From Candidatus Gastranaerophilales bacterium (GTDB taxonomy: Bacteria; Cyanobacteriota; Vampirovibrionia; Gastranaerophilales; Gastranaerophilaceae), in the NCBI GenBank assembly GCA_944322745.1, contig CALUPV010000006.1:3906-67905 (forward strand): a stretch of DNA of 64,000 nt, read 5' to 3'. Both the position numbers and the translations under genes were made by a program. Below are positions 27,077 to 37,203 of the stretch, piece by piece; within the stretch, counting starts at the first letter, position 1, and each line of letters begins with the position of its first letter. Below the pieces are notes generated by a model that was given only the letters and a program-made list of their open reading frames with translations, ran no database searches and was not told the origin of the DNA.

Positions 27077-27667
27077 TTATTGTTTACCCCAATTTGGGTA
27101 ATAAAATAAAATAATAGTATTCTTCTTTTTGATATTCGCATGACCACCTATTATAAGGTTTGAAACATAACCTGCAAATGGAATTAATGTTAGTGCCCAT
27201 TTTATTGGTAGAACAATTAGAGTTCTATTTTGCCCTCTTTTTATATATGTAGCTTTTAATTTGTTTTTATCTATTCCTTCTATATTAAAATCATCAATTA
27301 TTAGAGTAGCAGGAACTCCATTCATACCTCTGTCCATTGCTGTTTGAACTTTAGCTGTAACTTTTGCACCTTTTTTTACTACAATTTTAGAATTATATCT
27401 TACATCTTCTTTTACGATAAAATCTATAACTTGACCTTCTGTTATGCATCCTTTCTTTGTTGAGATTGGTTTTACTATTTCTAATTTTATAGGAACTCTT
27501 TCAAATGATTCATAATTATAATTTAAATTTGTTTGAGGATTAGTTATATTTGCATGTTTTAATAATTCTTTTGTAATATCATCATCTTCTATAGCACTTA
27601 CTGTCGTACTCGCAATAAGAAGAAAAACAAAGATGATAGAAAGTAATTTATAAAGCAATTTACTCAT
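27077..27667 (-). CDS. Exported/membrane-anchored hypothetical protein (196 aa)
   Basis: Signal peptide LLSIIFVFLLIASTTVSA and a C-terminal hydrophobic segment. Overlaps the upstream ORF by 8 nt. Confidence 0.55.
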   Translation of the reverse strand: MSKLLYKLLSIIFVFLLIASTTVSAIEDDDITKELLKHANITNPQTNLNYNYESFERVPIKLEIVKPISTKKGCITEGQVIDFIVKEDVRYNSKIVVKKGAKVTAKVQTAMDRGMNGVPATLIIDDFNIEGIDKNKLKATYIKRGQNRTLIVLPIKWALTLIPFAGYVSNLIIGGHANIKKKNTIILFYYPNWGKQ

Positions 27668-28358
27668 AATCAGCTGCTTTCTTTGAGCCTGATTTTATTT
27701 TTTCATTTAATTTCTTTCTATTTTCTATAGAAGATAAAAGAAAATGTTGATAAGTTTCGTTATTTAAATATTCATTATTGGCCAGAAAATATGGATATTT
27801 AGTATATATATATTCATATATATGTGCTAATCGTTTTGATGTTAAATTATGTCTTGAAATTTTATCATATCTCTTCTGTGGTTGAGATTTATGTATAAAA
27901 GTTATCAAAGCAAGTGGATTATATCCAGCCATTACCATAAAATCTACTGCTCTTTTATCAAAAAATAATTCATACTTTTTTGGTGCCAATTTAATTTGAG
28001 TAGATGAAACAAATCCTTTAAAAACACCGGCATAAGATTCTGCACTTTTACATATTTTTCTTGCCAAATATGCAGCTATTTCATCATCAGATGAAGTAAA
28101 TTGCATTGTTTTATCATATATTATAATTTGCCTTTTCATCAAGCCAGGTTCAACTTTTACCAATTTTTCTTTATCTTGGTATACAAAAATCATTCGTACA
28201 TCAATTTTATTTGCATTTAACAAACGAAAACCAATATCGCTTATTCTTTTTTGTATTTGTATATCATTTGTAAAACAACTTTGTGTTGTCTCTTCTGCAT
28301 AAACATTTAAACAGGGAGATATAAATAACAAAGCAACCAGTATAATAATTCGTTTCAT
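27660..28358 (-). CDS. Exported protein, M48-peptidase-like but lacking HExxH
   Basis: Signal peptide MKRIIILVALLFISPCLNVYA. DDEIAAYLARKICKS occupies the place where M48 proteins have ELAAVLAHEIGH. The family link is inference. Confidence 0.5.
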   Translation of the reverse strand: MKRIIILVALLFISPCLNVYAEETTQSCFTNDIQIQKRISDIGFRLLNANKIDVRMIFVYQDKEKLVKVEPGLMKRQIIIYDKTMQFTSSDDEIAAYLARKICKSAESYAGVFKGFVSSTQIKLAPKKYELFFDKRAVDFMVMAGYNPLALITFIHKSQPQKRYDKISRHNLTSKRLAHIYEYIYTKYPYFLANNEYLNNETYQHFLLSSIENRKKLNEKIKSGSKKAADYE

Positions 28359-28407
28359 AATAATTCCAACTCTCTATTTTTTTATTATAAACGAATTATT
28401 TTTTTCA

Positions 28408-28438
28408 TTCAAATTTAAAAGCTGCAAATGCAGCTTTT
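28408..28438 (-). terminator. Intrinsic terminator after the cupin gene
   Basis: AAAAGCTGC-AAAT-GCAGCTTTT hairpin overlapping the stop codon, followed on the minus strand by a T-rich stretch. Confidence 0.5.
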
Positions 28439-28805
28439 AAATTTTTATTAATAGGAAAACAGAATCTTTTAAAGCTTTTACAGAGTGTGTAGTGTTTTTA
28501 GCAAAAAAGAAAATTTGACCTTTTTTTATTTTATATTTCTTACTTTCTTTTTTATCTTCGCTTGATATTTCACATCCACAGGCTTGACAAGTACAATTGT
28601 CATTATGATCAAAAACCAATTCTATTTCTCCGTCATTTACATAAATACAAGCATCACTATGTGACATATGAGCTTCTATTTCTTCATGTTTTTTTAGTGA
28701 AATTAATTTTAGATGAGCACCATTATTTTCCATTAAATCAATAATTTCACGTTTTGATTCTTTATCACCAATCAAATCTTCTATCTCAAAAATTTTATAT
28801 AGCAT
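28437..28805 (-). CDS. Small cupin-fold protein with a Cys-rich insertion
   Basis: Start at ATG 28805 after AAGGAG. HEEIEAHMSHSDACIYVNDGEIE...GQIFFFAKNTTHSV are cupin-like motifs, with NCTCQACGC between them. Confidence 0.6.
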   Translation of the reverse strand: MLYKIFEIEDLIGDKESKREIIDLMENNGAHLKLISLKKHEEIEAHMSHSDACIYVNDGEIELVFDHNDNCTCQACGCEISSEDKKESKKYKIKKGQIFFFAKNTTHSVKALKDSVFLLIKI

Positions 28806-28940
28806 AATTACTCCTTTCACTGTTTAATCAAAGTTTATACTATACATTGATAAAATTTATTCCCTAATCGTTTATTTTTCGCCAATAAACATTTTGATTT
28901 AAAAACTATAAATTGTATATAATAATTTCGGAGGATTAGA

Positions 28941-30428
28941 ATGGAAGAATTCAAAAATAACAAGCTATTAAAAACACTTTTTGTTGCTTTTATCATCATT
29001 TCAATAATTCATATTATATATGCCACTATTACAATGCGAGGAATGTATTGTGACGGTGGTTTTTATATGTTGGATTTATTAAATAATTTTTCATCTGAAA
29101 TATATAAATTATCTTTTGATGAAACCCATCCTAGATTTATGATATCTTTCTTAATGCAATATCCTGCTATATTTGCACATTCTATTTTACATATAACAAA
29201 TAAATTTGTTCTAATGGGAATATATTCTTTTGTACAATTTGCACTTCCTATAATATTTTTATTATGGAATTTTCTTCTGACAAAAAGAACAAAAAGGATA
29301 GATATTTTATTTTGGAATATTTTCACATATGGTGTAATTATTTGTCCTTTTATGATTTTTTCTGTAGTTGAATCTATTATTGGATTTTCTCTTCATTTTA
29401 TTCTGTGGAATTATCTTTGTGCAAAAATAGATTATAAAAAAACAGATATTATTTTTATATTATTTTTATTAACAATGATGTTTGGAACATATGAATATGT
29501 TGCTTTTCTTGGAATTATATTTTTCTTTGCATATTTTTATTATGTTATGCAGGAAAAAGATTTTAAGAATCAATGTGTAAAAACATTAATTGGAGTTGGT
29601 TCTTTAGCTGCAAGCATATATAACATAATCTTTATGTTAAAAACAGATGGTGAAAGAGGAGAAATTATTCGTTATATTGGAGAAGCAACTGATTATTTTC
29701 CCCATTTATTTGAACTAAATACTTTATTTTCCATAATAACAATTATTATATTGATTTTGATCTCATTGAAAAAAGAACAAATATCTAAATTATTAATGAG
29801 TTCAATTTTTATTACGTACACAATAACATTAATATATTTATTAAATACTCCTTTAACATCCATTTATCCAATGTGGGAAGGTCATTTGAGAACAATCCCT
29901 TGCTGGTTTTTACCAATATTATTCACTATTTTAGTAATTAAGGATATGGTATCGGACAAAATAAATGAAAAAAGATACATAAATTTCATATGTATAGCAT
30001 TAATATGCTGCATTTTTCAGACAAGTTGGCAAATGGTAAATACATATTATTGGAATAAAAATATAGAATATATGCAAAACGAACTACAAAACTATAATGG
30101 ATTAATGTATATACCATCAGAACATGAAGAAATTTCAGGATTTCATAATAAAGAATTAAGACGCTACATATGGCACGGAATATTCCCGGCTACAAGTATA
30201 TTATTTTCAAAAGAGTATAAACAAAAAACATTATTGCTTTCATATGATAAACCTCAAGATCCTGGTAACGGTACTTTCAGAAATATTTTATATGTAATAT
30301 CAGACAAAAAAATTTCTATTCCATTTGGGGCAGTAGTTGATATAAAAAATCAATATTGGGACTTAACAGATTGTGCTAAGGCACTTGATAAATACAATAA
30401 GGAAAATAATATAGAAACAGACAGGTAA
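28941..30428 (+). CDS. Polytopic membrane protein (495 aa), function unknown
   Basis: GGAGG RBS. About 10-12 hydrophobic segments, then a ~130-aa soluble C-terminal part. May be a glycan-related membrane transferase, but no motif was recognised. Confidence 0.6.
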   Translation: MEEFKNNKLLKTLFVAFIIISIIHIIYATITMRGMYCDGGFYMLDLLNNFSSEIYKLSFDETHPRFMISFLMQYPAIFAHSILHITNKFVLMGIYSFVQFALPIIFLLWNFLLTKRTKRIDILFWNIFTYGVIICPFMIFSVVESIIGFSLHFILWNYLCAKIDYKKTDIIFILFLLTMMFGTYEYVAFLGIIFFFAYFYYVMQEKDFKNQCVKTLIGVGSLAASIYNIIFMLKTDGERGEIIRYIGEATDYFPHLFELNTLFSIITIIILILISLKKEQISKLLMSSIFITYTITLIYLLNTPLTSIYPMWEGHLRTIPCWFLPILFTILVIKDMVSDKINEKRYINFICIALICCIFQTSWQMVNTYYWNKNIEYMQNELQNYNGLMYIPSEHEEISGFHNKELRRYIWHGIFPATSILFSKEYKQKTLLLSYDKPQDPGNGTFRNILYVISDKKISIPFGAVVDIKNQYWDLTDCAKALDKYNKENNIETDR

Positions 30429-30458
30429 AATATTGAGAAATCTGTTATAATGTAAGAG

Positions 30459-31838
30459 ATGAAAGAAACTGTCAGGAACATATTAAAGAAATACGTGGAT
30501 ATTTCCTGTGAAACAACTTTTATAGTGGGTTTTTCGGGAGGATGGGATTCTATGTGTCTTTTAGACATAATGAATAAACTTTCAAAAGAGTATGGTTTTT
30601 TACTTGTAGCTGCTCATTTAAACCATAACTGGCGCGGTAAAGAATCAGAAGCCGAAAAAGAGCGCTGTCTTGCATTCTGTGAAGAAAATGATATTACATT
30701 TATATCAGATACATTAGCAGAAGGCACTAAAGCAACTGAAGTTGTAGCAAGAGAAATGCGTTATGATTTTTTCAAGCGATGTGCAGAAGAATTTGAAGCT
30801 GATGCTATTTTAACAGCTCATACAAAAAGTGATAATGCGGAAACAATTTTATATCGTATTATAAAGGGTACAGGTTTAAATGGTCTTGAAGGAATCAAAG
30901 AACTTCGTGACCTAGGCGGATTTAAGGTTATTCGTCCGATATTAAATTTTTCACGAAAAGACATTGAAGAATATTGCATAAAAAATGAACTATACCCCAA
31001 TAATGATTCAAGTAATTCAAATACAAAATATGCAAGAAATAATATCAGACACAATATTATGCCTGCAATAAAGTTAATTAATCCGAATATAGAAAATTCA
31101 TTAATTACGCTTGCAGACATTGCAACAGGAAACAATAAAATCATAAATGAATTAATGCAAAATATTGAAAATCAAATTACGGTTGGTAATAAATGGTTTA
31201 CTCAAAATTTTCTAATTTTAAATTCTGCAATAAAGCAACATTTTGTGTATAAATTATTAGTAAATAATGAAATAGAACCAAGCTTTTCTAAAATTCAGGA
31301 ATTAATAAATTTTATAGTGGAAAATCAAAAATCTAAAACAGGAAAAACACTTTCTATAGCTAACGATAAATGGCTTTTTGTTTCACATAAATATACTTAT
31401 TTTATACATTCCGAACATTATAAAAAAATTGAAGAAGAAATAAATATAGATAAAGCAGGTGTTTATGATCTTGCTCAAGAGTATAAAGTAACAATAGAAG
31501 AAACAACAGAAAAAGTTACCAAATTTCCAAAGGCAATAAGTAATTCAGCATATGTAGATTTAACAAATATAAGTTTTCCTCTCACAATAAGAACAAGAAG
31601 AAACGGAGATATTATTCAGCCTTTTGGAATGCAAGGGAAGATGAAACTTAAAAAATATTTTATAAATAAAAATATTCCTGAACATGATAGAGATAAAATT
31701 GTTCTATTATGTAAAGGGAATGAAGTTTTGTGGGCAGTAGGCGTAGGGCTTAGTGAAAAATTGCGCACAAAGGATATACCCACACATAAGTTAAAGATGG
31801 AGAGTCTGGAAAATGGTAATACTAGACAAGAAGATTGA
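30459..31838 (+). CDS. tilS: tRNA(Ile)-lysidine synthase
   Basis: PP-loop VGFSGGWDSMCLL. Gene order tilS-hpt. C-terminal TilS substrate domain pattern (RTRRNGD...KKYFINKNIP). Confidence 0.9.
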   Translation: MKETVRNILKKYVDISCETTFIVGFSGGWDSMCLLDIMNKLSKEYGFLLVAAHLNHNWRGKESEAEKERCLAFCEENDITFISDTLAEGTKATEVVAREMRYDFFKRCAEEFEADAILTAHTKSDNAETILYRIIKGTGLNGLEGIKELRDLGGFKVIRPILNFSRKDIEEYCIKNELYPNNDSSNSNTKYARNNIRHNIMPAIKLINPNIENSLITLADIATGNNKIINELMQNIENQITVGNKWFTQNFLILNSAIKQHFVYKLLVNNEIEPSFSKIQELINFIVENQKSKTGKTLSIANDKWLFVSHKYTYFIHSEHYKKIEEEINIDKAGVYDLAQEYKVTIEETTEKVTKFPKAISNSAYVDLTNISFPLTIRTRRNGDIIQPFGMQGKMKLKKYFINKNIPEHDRDKIVLLCKGNEVLWAVGVGLSEKLRTKDIPTHKLKMESLENGNTRQED

Positions 31839-32358
31839 AGAGTTAAAGGTTTTGATTTCAGAAGATGAAATCAAGAAAAAATTAATAACACTGGCTGAAA
31901 ATATTGAAAAAACATTCCCTGCAGATGAAGAAATCTATGTGATTTGTGTTTTAAAAGGTTCTGTTATGTTTTGCACAGATTTAGTTAAGCATTTTAAGCA
32001 TCCTATTCAAATGGAATTCATAAGAATATCGAGTTACGGACACGAGTCAAAATCAACAAACAACTTACAAGCAATAGATTTAACATTGCCAAACCTTCAT
32101 GAAAAAAATGTTTTAATTGTTGAAGATATTATTGACACAGGTTTAACCGCAAGATTTTTAACAGATTTGTTTAAGATAAAACATCATCCCAAAAAACTTG
32201 TATTTACAGCTCTTTTAAACAAAAAGTGTGCAAGACAAATCGATATAGAACCAGATTTCTACGGATTTGAAATAGATGATAAATTTGTAGTCGGTTATGG
32301 ACTTGATTATAAAGGATATTACAGGAATCTTCCTTATATAGGATATTTCGCAAATTAA
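31813..32358 (+). CDS. hpt: Hypoxanthine phosphoribosyltransferase
   Basis: PRPP-binding motif VLIVEDIIDTGLT. C-terminal FVVGYGLDY. Confidence 0.9.
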   Translation: MVILDKKIEELKVLISEDEIKKKLITLAENIEKTFPADEEIYVICVLKGSVMFCTDLVKHFKHPIQMEFIRISSYGHESKSTNNLQAIDLTLPNLHEKNVLIVEDIIDTGLTARFLTDLFKIKHHPKKLVFTALLNKKCARQIDIEPDFYGFEIDDKFVVGYGLDYKGYYRNLPYIGYFAN

Positions 32359-32639
32359 TCAAAGCCACAAACTTTTATCAAATATATTTCTAAACTGGAA
32401 ACAAATAAAACAGAACCTTGTAGCAAAAATCTTATTTGCAACATGAATATTCTGCTCAAATTTTTTGTATATATTCGTATACTTATTAATTGCAGCTTTT
32501 ACATATTTTATATCATTATCTAAGTCTAAGTCAGAATATATCTCCATAAGCAACCCAAAATAAACTTATATATTTATATAAAGTTTAGATTTATTATGAA
32601 ATTTCATCAAAATCGCTAATTGTTACAAAAGTTACAAAA

Positions 32640-33470
32640 CTATTCTTCTTGAATATTTTCCAGAGCAATATTTTTTAATTTTTTTTCTATTTTTCTATTC
32701 CAAGGCAAATCTTGGCGAAAAACATACTCATACCCAGTAACTTCGCCTTTCGAGAATGTTTGAAGTTGTTCATTACAAAGATCTTCAAATTCTTTTTGAA
32801 TTTTTTTTGTAAATTCATGCCTGTCAAACTTGCAGTTTTCAGCAGTAATGATAATAGGTTCACCAACTTCAGCAAGACATTCAGGTCTATCTTCCCGTAA
32901 AAAAGTATAGTTAACAGCTACAGGAATTAGATTTACACCACCATGTTTCTTCGCTACATTTTGAGCGATATAAGCCAAACCTGTTTGGAATTCTATCGGT
33001 CTATAATTTGGTGGTCTAACAATGCCTTGAGGAAATATCCAGAATCCCATATCAGGGTCTTTTAAATCATCAACTATATATTTAAGTGAAATCATAGCTT
33101 CCTGTGCAGATGCTTTATTAACAGGAAAAGCGCCAATTAAAGCGAACAAAGGAAATCTGTTCATTTCTTCTATCATCATTCTTGTTCTGACTTTAAAAGC
33201 ACGTCTCATCAAGTTGTAGCCAACAATACCGTCCCACCAGTTATTATGCGGAGCATATATTATAGAAGGAAATCTTTTATCTCTTCTTTCATTAAATGCT
33301 TCTAAATTTTTTATTCGAAGTGCATAAAATCTATGACTTAACATTCTGAATAAAATTCTGTCGGCGAGCCAAGTCCAAAACGGCAAATTTTGGGCTTTTC
33401 TAAATTTTTCTTTTCTGTTCCTCAATCTTGTCGGAGGAATATCCGAATATAATTTTTCTGTCTTTTGCAT
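32640..33470 (-). CDS. Lysophospholipid (PlsC/AGPAT-family) acyltransferase
   Basis: HxxxxD motif in YAPHNNWWDG, plus FPQG (an FPEG-like block). Confidence 0.75.
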   Translation of the reverse strand: MQKTEKLYSDIPPTRLRNRKEKFRKAQNLPFWTWLADRILFRMLSHRFYALRIKNLEAFNERRDKRFPSIIYAPHNNWWDGIVGYNLMRRAFKVRTRMMIEEMNRFPLFALIGAFPVNKASAQEAMISLKYIVDDLKDPDMGFWIFPQGIVRPPNYRPIEFQTGLAYIAQNVAKKHGGVNLIPVAVNYTFLREDRPECLAEVGEPIIITAENCKFDRHEFTKKIQKEFEDLCNEQLQTFSKGEVTGYEYVFRQDLPWNRKIEKKLKNIALENIQEE

Positions 33471-33515
33471 ACTTAATCCCTGAACAATTTAGATTATATC
33501 ACTTTTTTTGATTTT

Positions 33516-34229
33516 TTAATCAAAAATTTCCTTAACGCTTACGGATTGTAAATTTTTCATATCTTCAAGCTTCCTATATATATGAATAACAGGACTTTTC
33601 TCGGTTGAAAAAACTTTAGCATTGATTTTTAGCATATCTCCGTCTTCGTCAACTGTTTTATGATTATAATCAATAATTTCAGGAAACAAATCAACTAATT
33701 TTTTATAAATTTCATTATATTCATCATATTTGCATATAAAAGAGATTTTAATTTTGCGTAAATGTTTCAGGTTTTTAGGCATAATTTTCATTTCTAATAT
33801 TCTAATCAAAACAAGTATAGCAACTGCAAGAATGGTTGAAACGACGGCTATATTTAACTTCCCGCAGCCACAAGCCATACCGATTGCTGCAACAATCCAT
33901 AATGTAGAGGCGGTAGTTAACCCTGTAACAGTAAGACCTTGTCTTAATACGGTTCCTGCACCGATGAAACCTATACCGGTAATAATTTGAGCAGCAACTC
34001 TTGATGGATCACCCAAAGGATACAAGGTTACTGCGGTAGAAAATCCGTATATTGAAAGTATTGTAAAAAGGCAAGAGCCTAAACATACCATTATTTGAGT
34101 TCTTAACCCTGCGGATTTATTTGTTAATTCTCTTTCAAGCCCTATTATTGAACCTAAAATGATTGAAAAAATTATTCTTAATAAAATATCTGCGTTTTCA
34201 ATTTGAATGTAGTGTAATATATCTTGCAT
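33516..34229 (-). CDS. mgtC: MgtC/SapB family membrane protein
   Basis: GLERE...AGLRT...GFIGAGTV are MgtC hallmarks, with a C-terminal ACT-like domain. Confidence 0.85.
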   Translation of the reverse strand: MQDILHYIQIENADILLRIIFSIILGSIIGLERELTNKSAGLRTQIMVCLGSCLFTILSIYGFSTAVTLYPLGDPSRVAAQIITGIGFIGAGTVLRQGLTVTGLTTASTLWIVAAIGMACGCGKLNIAVVSTILAVAILVLIRILEMKIMPKNLKHLRKIKISFICKYDEYNEIYKKLVDLFPEIIDYNHKTVDEDGDMLKINAKVFSTEKSPVIHIYRKLEDMKNLQSVSVKEIFD

Positions 34230-34232
34230 TCT

Positions 34233-35330
34233 TTATCTTTCTCTGCTGTTTGGATCCAATACATCTCTAATTGTATCACCAATCACATTAAAAGATAAAA
34301 CCGCAACAAAAATTAAGAAACCGGGAGTCAAAAGCCAAGGTCTTGATATGATATTCACGAATTCTTGAGCTTCTTTAAGCATATTTCCCCAACTTGCATC
34401 AGGTTGTTGAATACCTAAACCAAGAAAACTTAAACCTGATTCCGATAATATATAAGACGGTACACTCAATGTCATTGCTATGATTACATAGCTTATTGTT
34501 TGAGGCAAAATATGATGAATTATTGTTCTTAAGTTTGAAGCTCCCAATGCTTCAGAAGCTATTACAAATTCTTTTTTCTTTATTGAAAGTACCATACCTC
34601 TTACTACTCTTGAAAATCCGGCCCAACCTATTAAAGCTAATATAAGTACGATAAGTGTAAATCTTTGCACACTTGTCATATTCGCAGGTAAAATCGAAGC
34701 TAATATAATTAAAAGGTAAAAACTTGGTATAGACATAATTGCTTCTGATATTCTCATCATAACAAAGTCTGTTTTTCCGCCCAAATAGCCTGATAACCCG
34801 CCATACAGCATTCCTAACGGGAATGAAACGAGCAAAGCAAGAAACCCAATGGTAAGCGATATTTGACCGCCATATAGCAAACGTGAAAAATTATCTCTTC
34901 CGTTAATATCCGTTCCTAACAGATAGAGTTCTCCGCCTTTTTCGACATCATAAAAATGCCTGTCAAAAGGAATAAAGCCAAAAAGCTTGTATTTTTCACC
35001 TTTTGCAAAATATTTTACCTGGTACTTTTTTGTTCTGTCTTCTATATATTTTGTGTCAAAATTTTCTTTGTCAAAATATCTGATATAGTTATAAGTATAT
35101 GGTTTTGAGAGTTTACCTTTTTCATTAATTATGTATATTTTAGATGGCGGGCAGTATGATTTATTTCTGTTTGAATAATCCTTTGAATAAGGACTTATAA
35201 AAGAAGCTAAAAATACGGACAAATAAAGAATACATAATATAATGAATGCAACACGTGCAAATTTATCTTTAAGAATACTCTTTAAAAGATTTTCGCTTTT
35301 GAAACCGTTTATATCAGGAAGCTTAGCCAT
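34233..35330 (-). CDS. ABC peptide/nickel-type transporter permease (OppC/DppC-like)
   Basis: N-terminal OppC_N-type extension and a binding-protein-dependent permease core with the EAA-like loop ASEALGASNLRTIIHHILP. Confidence 0.85.
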   Translation of the reverse strand: MAKLPDINGFKSENLLKSILKDKFARVAFIILCILYLSVFLASFISPYSKDYSNRNKSYCPPSKIYIINEKGKLSKPYTYNYIRYFDKENFDTKYIEDRTKKYQVKYFAKGEKYKLFGFIPFDRHFYDVEKGGELYLLGTDINGRDNFSRLLYGGQISLTIGFLALLVSFPLGMLYGGLSGYLGGKTDFVMMRISEAIMSIPSFYLLIILASILPANMTSVQRFTLIVLILALIGWAGFSRVVRGMVLSIKKKEFVIASEALGASNLRTIIHHILPQTISYVIIAMTLSVPSYILSESGLSFLGLGIQQPDASWGNMLKEAQEFVNIISRPWLLTPGFLIFVAVLSFNVIGDTIRDVLDPNSRER

Positions 35331-36298
35331 TAAACAGCCTCCACTCTGGGGTCAACAAGTTTTAAAAGAATATCGGCAATCAAATTACCTAAAACAAGCA
35401 TTATTGTACCAATCATTAATGAAGCCATAACAAGATTTATATCAGATTTCATAACAGCTTCAAGAATTAAACGACCTAACCCGGGGTATTGAAAAACATA
35501 CTCGGTTAAAGCGGCACCGCTTAATAAAGAAGCAAACTCAAAACCTAATAATGTAACCATCGGGTTTATTGCATTACGCAATGCATGTTTATATATAACT
35601 TTCGTTTCACTTAAACCTTTTGCACGGGCAAATTTAACATAATCAGATTGCAAAACATCAAGCAGATTACCTCTCATCTGCCTTTGTAAACCTGATAAAG
35701 AAATAGTAAATAAAACAACAACAGGTAAAACTAAATGATGTAAAACATCAACTATTTTGCCCCACATTGTCATTTCCGAATGATTATAACTGGTGAGCCC
35801 GCCCGTAGGAAACCAGCCTGTTTTTACTGCAAAAATAAGCAACAAAAGGGCAAAGAAAAATGAAGGTATTGCCATACCAATACTAGATAAAATAGTAAGC
35901 AGCCTATCGATAGGTTTTCGCCAATGCAAAGCAGCGACAATCCCCAAAGGTATACCAACAGCCCAGGTAAAGAAAATTACAAACCCCGTTAGTAAAAGAG
36001 TGTTAGGAATTCTTTCCATTAACTTATCGGCAACTCTTTCACCTGTGGTGCAATAGCCCATATCACCTTTAACAAAACTTTTGAGCCATAACCCATATTG
36101 AACAATAACAGGCTTATCTAACCCTAATCTTTGGACTTCGTAGTCTAAAGTTTCTTGAGTAATAGAAGGATTTAACCTAAGCTCGGCTAAAGGGTCAACA
36201 GGAGCAAGCCTAATAAGAAAAAAACTTATTATGGATACCAAAAATAATAACGGTATCGTTTGAAAAATTCTTTTAATTATATAGCCTGCTAAATTCAT
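35330..36298 (-). CDS. ABC peptide/nickel-type transporter permease (OppB/DppB-like)
   Basis: YIIKRIFQTIPLLFLVSIISFFLIRLAP N-terminus and the YVKFARAKGLSETKVIYKHALRNA EAA loop. Confidence 0.85.
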   Translation of the reverse strand: MNLAGYIIKRIFQTIPLLFLVSIISFFLIRLAPVDPLAELRLNPSITQETLDYEVQRLGLDKPVIVQYGLWLKSFVKGDMGYCTTGERVADKLMERIPNTLLLTGFVIFFTWAVGIPLGIVAALHWRKPIDRLLTILSSIGMAIPSFFFALLLLIFAVKTGWFPTGGLTSYNHSEMTMWGKIVDVLHHLVLPVVVLFTISLSGLQRQMRGNLLDVLQSDYVKFARAKGLSETKVIYKHALRNAINPMVTLLGFEFASLLSGAALTEYVFQYPGLGRLILEAVMKSDINLVMASLMIGTIMLVLGNLIADILLKLVDPRVEAV

Positions 36299-36384
36299 AC
36301 GCTAATTTTAGAATATCTGTACATTTTTGGCAATTGGTCGTGTAGAGTTGTTAATTTTAGCAAGATTTAACTATAATTTATAAA

Positions 36385-36579
36385 TTAACTGTTTAAAATA
36401 TTTTTAGCAATATTAGCAGTATTTATATTGTCTTTCATATTAGGGAAAGCTTTTTTAAAAAGCTCAATAAAAACAGCTTCTTGCATATTAAGATGATACT
36501 CGTATTTATTTTTTGATTTGGCAATTTGAGCAGCTGTTATATACATATTTAATAAATCTAAAGCATTTTTATCATTCAT
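36385..36579 (-). CDS. Hypothetical protein (64 aa)
   Basis: Track ORF only. A 24-codon upstream mini-ORF overlaps its start (ATGAATGA). Confidence 0.35.
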   Translation of the reverse strand: MNDKNALDLLNMYITAAQIAKSKNKYEYHLNMQEAVFIELFKKAFPNMKDNINTANIAKNILNS

Positions 36580-36898
36580 TTTGATTTATATTTACCTTTG
36601 CAAAATCATATTTTGATTTGAAATCTTCTTGAATTTCTTTATTCATTATAACATATTCATTTTTAATTCCGTAAGATGAAATTATAGGTGCTGTAAATGA
36701 TAAAAACAGAAAAAACAGTTGAATGGATGAACAGCTCCTCATCATCGAATGGTGAATACCAAACCGCAGTAGGTGCTATATTATTTCTGCATTTCATTCA
36801 ACTGTTTCAATATTAATTATAACTCATTTCAAAGTTCATTTCAATTCTCATTCAACATATTTTAAATTAAGAGAAAATCAAAACAATTAAAATCCGAA

Positions 36899-37117
36899 TT
36901 ATAATGTTTTAAATAATTCTTCCATAGAGATATCAAGGGCTTTTGCTATTTTCAATAATGTAATTAACCCGGGTCTGTTTATGCTTATCTCTATCTTACC
37001 TAAATAATCTAAACTTATGCCTGCTAATTCAGCAAGTTTCTCTTGCGTAAGATGTCTTTCCTCTCTTAGCAGTTTTATTCTTTTCCCTAAATTTTTATAA
37101 AAATTTTCAAAACTCAT
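36899..37117 (-). CDS. XRE-family HTH regulator (72 aa)
   Basis: LTQEKLAELAGISLDYLGKIEISINRPGL is a typical XRE HTH. Confidence 0.8.
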   Translation of the reverse strand: MSFENFYKNLGKRIKLLREERHLTQEKLAELAGISLDYLGKIEISINRPGLITLLKIAKALDISMEELFKTL

Positions 37118-37203
37118 TTAAAAATTTTATGGGATATTCTAACATATTTTTACTGGATATGTTAACATAATCTTACTGGGTAATATCCAAGGAAGGAAAA
37201 CTT

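Noticed and set aside
32359-32553. 64-aa minus-strand ORF immediately after hpt.
   Set aside because: It has no convincing Shine-Dalgarno, no recognisable family and odd composition. I left it unannotated, but it could be real.
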